Shown here in pieces: positions 58,173 to 64,000 of a stretch of DNA of 64,000 nt (its first letter is position 1; each line of letters opens with the position of its first letter). Under the pieces are notes generated by a model. The model did no database searches. It worked only from the letters and a program-made list of their open reading frames with translations, and was not told the origin of the DNA. The stretch spans positions 11,768 to 75,767 of the forward strand of contig CAXRCG010000048.1 of the NCBI GenBank assembly GCA_964228885.1, read 5' to 3'. This DNA comes from Pseudomonadales bacterium. Its GTDB lineage: Bacteria; Pseudomonadota; Gammaproteobacteria; Pseudomonadales; Azotimanducaceae. Made by a program: the position numbers and the translations under genes.

Positions 58173-59204
58173 CTAACCCAAACCGTACTTCTTAATTCTC
58201 TCTATCAGCGTTGTTCTTTGGATTTTTAGAATACGTGCACACATCGAGACATTCCCGTTCACTTCTTCCAGCGCGCGGGAAATCATTCTCTGTTCAACCT
58301 GATTGACAACTTCTTTCAGAGAGAGGCTTTCTTCTTCCGCCTTGTGGATGCCACGAGCCATCAAAATAATATCCTCAAATTCATGACTGTCCTCATCGGC
58401 TTCGCTTGGGGCGTCATTTACCGTGCTTACCGCCTCGGCCGCTTCCTGCAATCCCGGCGGGAGCATGGCTGGATTCACCCTTTCCAAGGAAATCACTTCA
58501 CCCGGATGCAATACTGATAGCCGATGAATCATATTCGACAACTCTCTTATATTGCCTGGCCACTGGTATTTCATCATTTCGGCGAGAAAATCTGCTGAAA
58601 ACTTGAGCGGTTTTTGGTCCTGCTTGTAAAGATCGCAGAAGTGACTCACAAATAGCGGGATTTCTTCTGCTCGCTCTCTCAGTGGGGCCAGCGTCAGAGG
58701 CACAACATTGAGCCTGTAGTATAAATCTGCCCTGAAACTACCGCCTTCGATCTCCTTCTCGATATGTCGATGCGTTGCTGAAATGATGCGCACGTCCACC
58801 GCAATAGACACATTTGAGCCGACCGGGTCGACGACACGCTCCTGCAGCACCCGTAAAAGTTTTATTTGCATATCCATCGGCATATCACCGATCTCATCCA
58901 GAAAAAGCGTGCCACCATCAGCTGCAATCACCTTGCCAATTCTATTAGCGATCGCGCCCGTAAAAGCGCCCTTTTTATGCCCATAGAGCTCACTTTCCAG
59001 CAAATCCCTCGGGATAGCACCGCAATTCACAGCAACAAAGGCTTTATCTGATCGATCAGACAGATCGTGAATTTTTCTCGCGAGCACCTCCTTGCCCGAG
59101 CCACTCTCGCCCGCAATGAGCACGCTCACGTCAGAGGGAGCAATCTTCTCGATTAACCCCAAAAGTTCTTTGGTGACCTCACTCTTCCCAAATACTGGCT
59201 GCAT
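58173..59204 (-). CDS. sigma54-dependent activator lacking any N-terminal regulatory domain (AAA+ plus HTH only)
   Basis: 343 aa. Walker A GESGSGKE begins at residue 32. GAFTGA, LFLDEIGD and WPGNIRELSN are present, with a C-terminal HTH (CARILKIQRTTLIERIKKYG). An in-frame stop 11 codons upstream of the ATG excludes a longer N-terminus. Confidence 0.85.
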   Translation of the reverse strand: MQPVFGKSEVTKELLGLIEKIAPSDVSVLIAGESGSGKEVLARKIHDLSDRSDKAFVAVNCGAIPRDLLESELYGHKKGAFTGAIANRIGKVIAADGGTLFLDEIGDMPMDMQIKLLRVLQERVVDPVGSNVSIAVDVRIISATHRHIEKEIEGGSFRADLYYRLNVVPLTLAPLRERAEEIPLFVSHFCDLYKQDQKPLKFSADFLAEMMKYQWPGNIRELSNMIHRLSVLHPGEVISLERVNPAMLPPGLQEAAEAVSTVNDAPSEADEDSHEFEDIILMARGIHKAEEESLSLKEVVNQVEQRMISRALEEVNGNVSMCARILKIQRTTLIERIKKYGLG

Positions 59205-59400
59205 GCTGCTTCGGCTGTGAATCTGACGTGGGATATCATGGCAACCAGAAAAGACGATAGCAACAACATCTGATTGCCTAACTTAGCAAAACGGCGATTT
59301 AAATCCGCTTTCTCAATCAATTACTTGCCAAATTTGCCGCATAAACCAGCAAAAATAGATTGAGCACCGCAATAATCAGCCTTTAAAGGCACATAATTCA

Positions 59401-59416
59401 TGGCATGATTACTGCA
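59401..59416 (+). promoter_or_regulatory. sigma54 promoter upstream of fliD
   Basis: TGGCAT-gatta-CTGCA on the plus strand, 96 nt before ATG 59512. Confidence 0.55.
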
Positions 59417-59449
59417 AATGAAATAGTAAGAGAAATCACTGAAATAAGT

Positions 59450-59476
59450 TAAAGATATCGTAAGCTTGACCGATAA
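59450..59476 (+). promoter_or_regulatory. sigma28 (FliA) promoter upstream of fliD
   Basis: TAAAGATA-N11-ACCGATAA against the consensus TAAAGTTT-N11-GCCGATAA. It ends 36 nt before ATG 59512. Confidence 0.6.
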
Positions 59477-59511
59477 CAACAGTGGAAGACCAAACTTTCA
59501 CACCTCACATT

Positions 59512-60882
59512 ATGGCTGGAATAGACTACATCAACGCCCTAGGCGCCGGCGCTTCGTTTGACACAAAGAAGATCGTTGAATCTTTAGTCGAAGCAGAAAG
59601 AGCGGGAGCGCAGGCTCAAATAGAGAGAAAAATCGCTGACGCAGAGTCAAAAATAAGCGGTTTAGGCTCCGCTGCGTCTATTCTGGACATCTTAAAAGAA
59701 GGGGCCGAACTCCTTAACGACGCCAAAGATTTTAACACCCTTTCCATACAAAACAGCCAATCTTCCGCGCTTGGAGCAACCGTCACCAATAATGCAAGGG
59801 CCGGCACAAACAGCGTCACTGTAACTAGCATCGCCCGAGAACAGCGCAGCATATCCGATGGGTTTGATTCCGTCTCTGCGACGATAAATGGCGAAAACAC
59901 GACCACCATCAGCATTACGATCGGCGGGACGACAGAGGATATTTCCGTTAATGCCGCTTCCCTTGATTCTGTGAAATCAGCGATCAATGACGCAAACCTC
60001 GGCGTCAGAGCCGAGATTGTCAACACAGGCACCGGGTCAGGCAATTTTCGGCTACAACTTGTGGGCGAAAACGGTTCCGATAACGCTTTTTCTGTTTCAT
60101 CTAACTTTTCTGGACTGAACATCCAGTCGATCCAATCAGCATCCAATGCCAACTTGAATGTGAACGGCGTAGACTTCACTCGCTCCACCAACCAAATCTC
60201 AGACATCATTGAGGGTGTAAACCTCAATTTAACATCGGTAACCAATGGCACAGCCACCATATCGGTGGATCGAGATGTCTCGGAAGCAAAAGGCAATATT
60301 ATTGCTTTTGTTTCCATGTATAACGAAGCTAGCCTTGAGTTTAAAAAACTAACCAGCTCCGAATTAGATGGCCCGCTCCGTGGCGATACCATTTTCAGGT
60401 CGATAACTCGCAGCCTCCGCTCGATTATTGTAGGCACCTCTTCATCGCCTGGAGACTCAATCAGTTCACTGTCGAGTATGGGTATCAGCATTGATCGCAA
60501 TGGCCAATTAAATTTTGACGAGGCCGCAATCGATAAAGCGCTCAGTAATAATTATGACGATGTGATCAAGGTTTTTTCAGCCAACACCAACAATCAATCC
60601 AGATTTAATTCAGGCAGCGGCGGCATAGCCGGTGATATCAAGAACTTAATCGAACGCGTCACGGCCTCAGATGGCTATCTCGTGACAGCGGATGCAGCGC
60701 TGCAAGCACGAAAGGTGGAGTACGATAAAGATGCAGAGGATCTCGCCACCAGAATGGAAAAGGTTGAAGAGCGTTACAATCGACAATTCCTTGTCATGCA
60801 GAGCATTATTGAAGAGATGAATAGCACGAAAGATAGTATGAAAAGCTCTTTCGAAAATCTACCATTTAGCAATCGCGACTAA
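59512..60882 (+). CDS. fliD: flagellar filament cap protein FliD
   Basis: 456 aa from ATG 59512 (MAGIDYINALGAG). Typical FliD N- and C-terminal coiled-coil segments (RYNRQFLVMQSIIEEMN). The track GTG at 59482 would fall at or inside the predicted promoter. Confidence 0.85.
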   Translation: MAGIDYINALGAGASFDTKKIVESLVEAERAGAQAQIERKIADAESKISGLGSAASILDILKEGAELLNDAKDFNTLSIQNSQSSALGATVTNNARAGTNSVTVTSIAREQRSISDGFDSVSATINGENTTTISITIGGTTEDISVNAASLDSVKSAINDANLGVRAEIVNTGTGSGNFRLQLVGENGSDNAFSVSSNFSGLNIQSIQSASNANLNVNGVDFTRSTNQISDIIEGVNLNLTSVTNGTATISVDRDVSEAKGNIIAFVSMYNEASLEFKKLTSSELDGPLRGDTIFRSITRSLRSIIVGTSSSPGDSISSLSSMGISIDRNGQLNFDEAAIDKALSNNYDDVIKVFSANTNNQSRFNSGSGGIAGDIKNLIERVTASDGYLVTADAALQARKVEYDKDAEDLATRMEKVEERYNRQFLVMQSIIEEMNSTKDSMKSSFENLPFSNRD

Positions 60883-60923
60883 TCAAGCTATAATCTCCGA
60901 TTGCCCTCACCAAAGGCTCGGTA

Positions 60924-61142
60924 ATGAAACCCAACACTGAACCAACCTGCAAGGTCTGCAAACAAATCCGAATGTTTCTGCTGTTTGCTGTCCCCATCCT
61001 GATGGTGATTGGCACCCGGCCTGACATTGCCGTCCCCTCGATTCCCATTGAATTTATTTTCACTAACTTCATTTTTATCGGCTTTATCACGGTAGTGGCT
61101 TGGCGAATTTATGTCGATTACTGGAAAGACCGCAAAAAATAG
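60924..61142 (+). CDS. possible small membrane protein (72 aa, CxxC, 2 TM)
   Basis: The ORF sits where flaG/fliS usually lie. It has two hydrophobic helices and a weak RBS. No recognisable family. Confidence 0.3.
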   Translation: MKPNTEPTCKVCKQIRMFLLFAVPILMVIGTRPDIAVPSIPIEFIFTNFIFIGFITVVAWRIYVDYWKDRKK

Positions 61143-61219
61143 CCCTCGCCCTCGTTTGCCGAACAAAAAGCATACAAATCTAGTTTTTTGAAAACATCCT
61201 TTTTTTATTAACAATTTCC

Positions 61220-61246
61220 TAAAGTTTCTTCCAGCCCTGCCGATAA
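61220..61246 (+). promoter_or_regulatory. sigma28 (FliA) promoter for the first small flagellin gene
   Basis: TAAAGTTT-cttccagccct-GCCGATAA is a perfect match to the consensus with an 11 nt spacer. It implies a 5' UTR of about 170 nt. Confidence 0.75.
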
Positions 61247-61310
61247 GAATATTGAAAGCGGCAATTTGCTGCCGGTTTCGTTACCCAAGCGTGTGACAAG
61301 CGCTCGGGTA

Positions 61311-61424
61311 GCAACTTAACGGTTGCGTCGTATGGCAAGTGTGAGGGGTCGCACTGTCCATGCAGGGTCGTCATGGTTAAAACCATTCACGTGGCTTTCT
61401 AAATATATTTTAGGGGCTTAACTT
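61311..61424 (+). ncRNA. conserved structured leader, copy 1 (three predicted hairpins) upstream of a small flagellin
   Basis: 114 nt block repeated at 62421-62534 and 63532-63645. Hairpins: gcaac-ttaacg-gttgc, 61332-61361, and cgtcatggtt-aa-aaccattcacg (61369-61391). Confidence 0.5.
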
Positions 61425-62306
61425 ATGGCTTTATTCATTAATACAAATGTCGCATCTTTAGGTGCGCAGCGATCTCTGGCCACTTCGGGAGCAGAGCTCA
61501 AAACCGCGATGGAACGTTTATCTTCGGGTAAAAAGATCAACAGCGCTGCAGATGATGCGGCTGGCTTTGCGATTGCCGAAAGAATGACCGCCCAGATCCG
61601 CGGACTTAACATGGCCACTAAGAACGCCAATGACGGGCTTTCTATGCTGGGCGTGATTGAAAACGCAACCAATGATGTCACTGATATGCTGCATCGCATG
61701 CGAGAACTTGCGATTCAAGCAACGAACGACACTAACAGTGACGAAGATCGCGCATTTCTTCAGTTAGAAGTTGCACAGCTGATAAAAGAGATTGATCGGG
61801 TTGCAGATGATACCCAATATAACGGTCAGACGGTACTTGACGGTACTTTTACTTCTAAGTCAATTCAGGTGGGCACAGAGTCCGGCCAGAAGATCACTTT
61901 TAGTGTCAATGGCATCGGAACCGACAAAATCGGTACTGCTGCAGTGAGCGATGATGCTGCTACTACCAACGTCGATGAAACAGTCGCTGAAGCTGATGTG
62001 GCAGATATTGATATCAGCACTGCTGCAGGCGCCCAGAGCGGTCTTCAAGTGATCACGGACGCGATCGAACAGGTCGCTGGCGATCGCGCCACCTACGGTG
62101 CATTACAAAACCGACTGGAATATACCGTGTCTAATTTGATGAACGTTGCGGAGTTTACAACCGCTGCCCGTTCACGCATTGAAGACGCTGATTTCGCTGC
62201 TGAAAGCGCACGCTTGGCAAAGGCACAGGTCCTGCAACAAACAGGTACCGCAATGCTGGCACAAGCAAACGCTTCTTCGCAGCTCGCTTTATCCCTGATT
62301 AGATAG
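61425..62306 (+). CDS. flagellin, small class (293 aa), copy 1
   Basis: [18 protein letters not shown]...[19 protein letters not shown]... and C-terminal [54 protein letters not shown]. Confidence 0.95.
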   Translation: [293 protein letters not shown]

Positions 62307-62311
62307 AATCC

Positions 62312-62328
62312 GCGGGCTCAGTGCCCGC
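62312..62328 (+). terminator. hairpin after flagellin copy 1 (weak terminator candidate)
   Basis: gcgggc-tcagt-gcccgc followed by ctcctatttcg. The U-tract is poor. Confidence 0.4.
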
Positions 62329-62420
62329 CTCCTATTTCGCCAGGATAAAATGCGAAAACTGGACTGTTGGTTTTAGCTGTCGCTTAAGACACATAAATGA
62401 TGATCAGCCCAGGCTTCGTA

Positions 62421-62534
62421 GCAACTTAAAGGTTGCGTTGTATGGCAGGTGTGCGAGATCACGCCGTCCATGCAGGGTCGTCATGGTTAAAACCATTCAC
62501 GTGGCCTTCTAAATACACTTTAGGGGCTTAAGTT
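62421..62534 (+). ncRNA. conserved structured leader, copy 2
   Basis: Same length and register as copy 1. Stem substitutions preserve pairing. Confidence 0.5.
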
Positions 62535-63416
62535 ATGGCTTTATTCATAAACACAAACGTCGCATCTTTGGGTGCGCAGCGGTCTCTGGCCACCTCTGGG
62601 GCAGAGCTCAAAACCGCGATGGAACGTCTATCTTCTGGCAAGAAGATCAACAGTGCTGCAGATGATGCGGCCGGCTTTGCGATTGCCGAAAGAATGACCG
62701 CCCAGATCCGCGGACTCAACATGGCCACCAAGAATGCCAATGACGGGCTTTCGATGCTGGGCGTGATTGAAAACGCAACCAATGATGTCACTGACATGCT
62801 GCATCGCATGCGAGAACTTGCGATTCAAGCAACCAACGACACCAATGGTGACAAAGATCGCGAATTTCTCCAGCTAGAAGTTGCACAGCTGATACTCGAA
62901 ATTGACCGGGTTGCAGAGGATACCCAGTACAACGGCCAAACTGTGCTTGATGGCAGCTTTGCTACAAAGTCCATTCAGGTAGGCACAGAGTCGGGTCAGA
63001 AAGTCACTTTTGACATTAATGGTATCGAAACAGACGCGATCGGTACTAGAGATGCAAACGGTGACATCACAAGCACTACCGTCAACAGCGTCACCACGGC
63101 TAATGATGTTAAATCGATTGACATCAGCGACGCGGCAGGCGCTCAAGCAGGTCTGCAGGTGATCACTGATGCGATCGAACAGGTCGCGGGCGATCGCGCC
63201 ACCTATGGTGCATTACAAAACCGACTGGAATATACCGTGTCTAATTTGATGAACGTCGCAGAGTTTACTACCGCTGCCCGTTCACGCATTGAAGACGCTG
63301 ATTTCGCTGCTGAAAGCGCACGCTTGGCAAAGGCACAGGTCCTGCAACAAACGGGTACCGCAATGCTGGCACAAGCTAACGCTTCTTCGCAGCTCGCTTT
63401 ATCCCTGATTAGATAA
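62535..63416 (+). CDS. flagellin, small class (293 aa), copy 2
   Basis: Termini are nearly identical to copy 1. The central ~90 aa are divergent. Confidence 0.95.
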   Translation: [293 protein letters not shown]

Positions 63417-63421
63417 GATTC

Positions 63422-63438
63422 GCGGGCTATATGCCCGT
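63422..63438 (+). terminator. hairpin after flagellin copy 2 (weak terminator candidate)
   Basis: gcgggc-tatat-gcccgt, homologous to 62312-62328. Confidence 0.4.
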
Positions 63439-63531
63439 CTCCTATCTCGTCAGGATAAAAACACGAAAGCGGGATTGTTGATCCAGGTTGTCTGTCTCGG
63501 CAGATGACTCAGCACCAAGACTGGTTTCGTG

Positions 63532-63645
63532 GCAACTTAACGGTTGCGTTGTATGGCAGGTGTGAGCAATCACACTATCCATGCAGGGTCGTCATGGTTA
63601 AAACCATTGACGTGGCCTTCTAAATCAACTCTTAGAGGCTTACTT
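63532..63645 (+). ncRNA. conserved structured leader, copy 3
   Basis: Same 114 nt register. The middle hairpin has a gcaa tetraloop in this copy. Confidence 0.5.
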
Positions 63646-64000
63646 ATGAGTTTAACCGTTTATACCAATGTCGCATCTTTGAATGCGCAACGGTCTCTGG
63701 CCACCTCGGGGGCAGAGCTTAAAACCGCGATGGAACGTTTATCTTCTGGCAAGAAGATCAACAGTGCTGCAGATGACGCTGCAGGCTTTGCGATTGCCGA
63801 AAGAATGACCGCCCAGATCCGAGGCCTCAATATGGCCACAAAGAATGCCAATGACGGGCTTTCTATGTTGGCTGTTATTGAAAACGCGACCAATGATGTC
63901 ACTGATATGTTGCACCGCATGCGAGAGCTCGCAGTGCAGGCGTCGAATGACACCAACAGTAGCGAAGACCTTGGTTATCTCAATGCAGAGGTGACTCAGC
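63646..64000 (+). CDS. flagellin, small-class N-terminus, copy 3 (partial, runs off the window)
   Basis: My translation from ATG 63646: [71 protein letters not shown]... Confidence 0.9.
   Translation, partial: [118 protein letters not shown]

Noticed and set aside
59616-60500. 294 aa ORF antisense to fliD. Similar long antisense or out-of-frame ORFs occur inside nuo and flagellar genes (for example 16482-16928, 12122-12475, 43902-44267, 61418-61699, 62528-62809, 63660-63956).
   Set aside because: These are shadow ORFs fully embedded in genes with unambiguous family motifs on the other strand or frame. They have low-complexity, Ser/Arg/Pro-rich translations, no RBS, and no independent support.
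61333-61352. TGGCA strings inside the conserved flagellin leader, considered as sigma54 promoters.
   Set aside because: The GC dinucleotide is not at the required +12 position in any of the three copies (off by 1-3 nt), and the candidate -12 region falls in the variable loop. The element is better explained as an RNA hairpin.

Overview
This 64 kb segment looks chromosomal and has no obvious mobile element. It probably comes from a polar-flagellated, TonB-receptor-rich gammaproteobacterium. That guess rests on the fused-nuoCD 13-gene complex I operon and the sigma54/sigma28 flagellar hierarchy; no database search was possible. All product calls come from reading the supplied translations and my own translations against remembered family motifs.

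Layout:
- 1-13.9 kb: envelope and catabolic genes. These are an M19 dipeptidase (partial), OMPLA, two TonB-dependent receptors, an M20 amidohydrolase, an MFS transporter and a LysR-like relic.
- 13.9-28.9 kb: a CBS-pair gene plus a complete nuoA-N operon on the minus strand.
- 29.5-33.5 kb: a PhyH-type dioxygenase, an amidase and an MFS gene interrupted by one in-frame TAG.
- 33.9-64 kb: a flagellar regulon. On the minus strand it runs: receiver-less sigma54 activator, FleQ/FleR-like activator, fliEFGHIJ, fliKLMNO, an unknown 242 aa ORF, two tandem 617 aa flagellins, then fliPQR-flhB followed by three unknown membrane proteins. On the plus strand it has an SltF-like lytic transglycosylase, fliD and three tandem 293 aa-class flagellins.

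Most interesting points:
1. Three uncharacterised membrane proteins (one with a C-terminal SPOR-like domain, one with a very acidic N-terminus) are packed behind flhB, where flhA/flhF/flhG normally sit.
2. fliO and fliP are split by a 6 kb block carrying two large flagellins. That block shows a clear tandem-duplication scar: a relic of the 3' end of the lytic transglycosylase gene, and loss of the -24 promoter element in the downstream copy.
3. A 114 nt conserved, apparently structured leader precedes each small flagellin gene, with pairing-compatible substitutions between copies.
4. The regulatory layout has two tandem sigma54 activators and no histidine kinase, plus readable sigma54 and sigma28 promoters.
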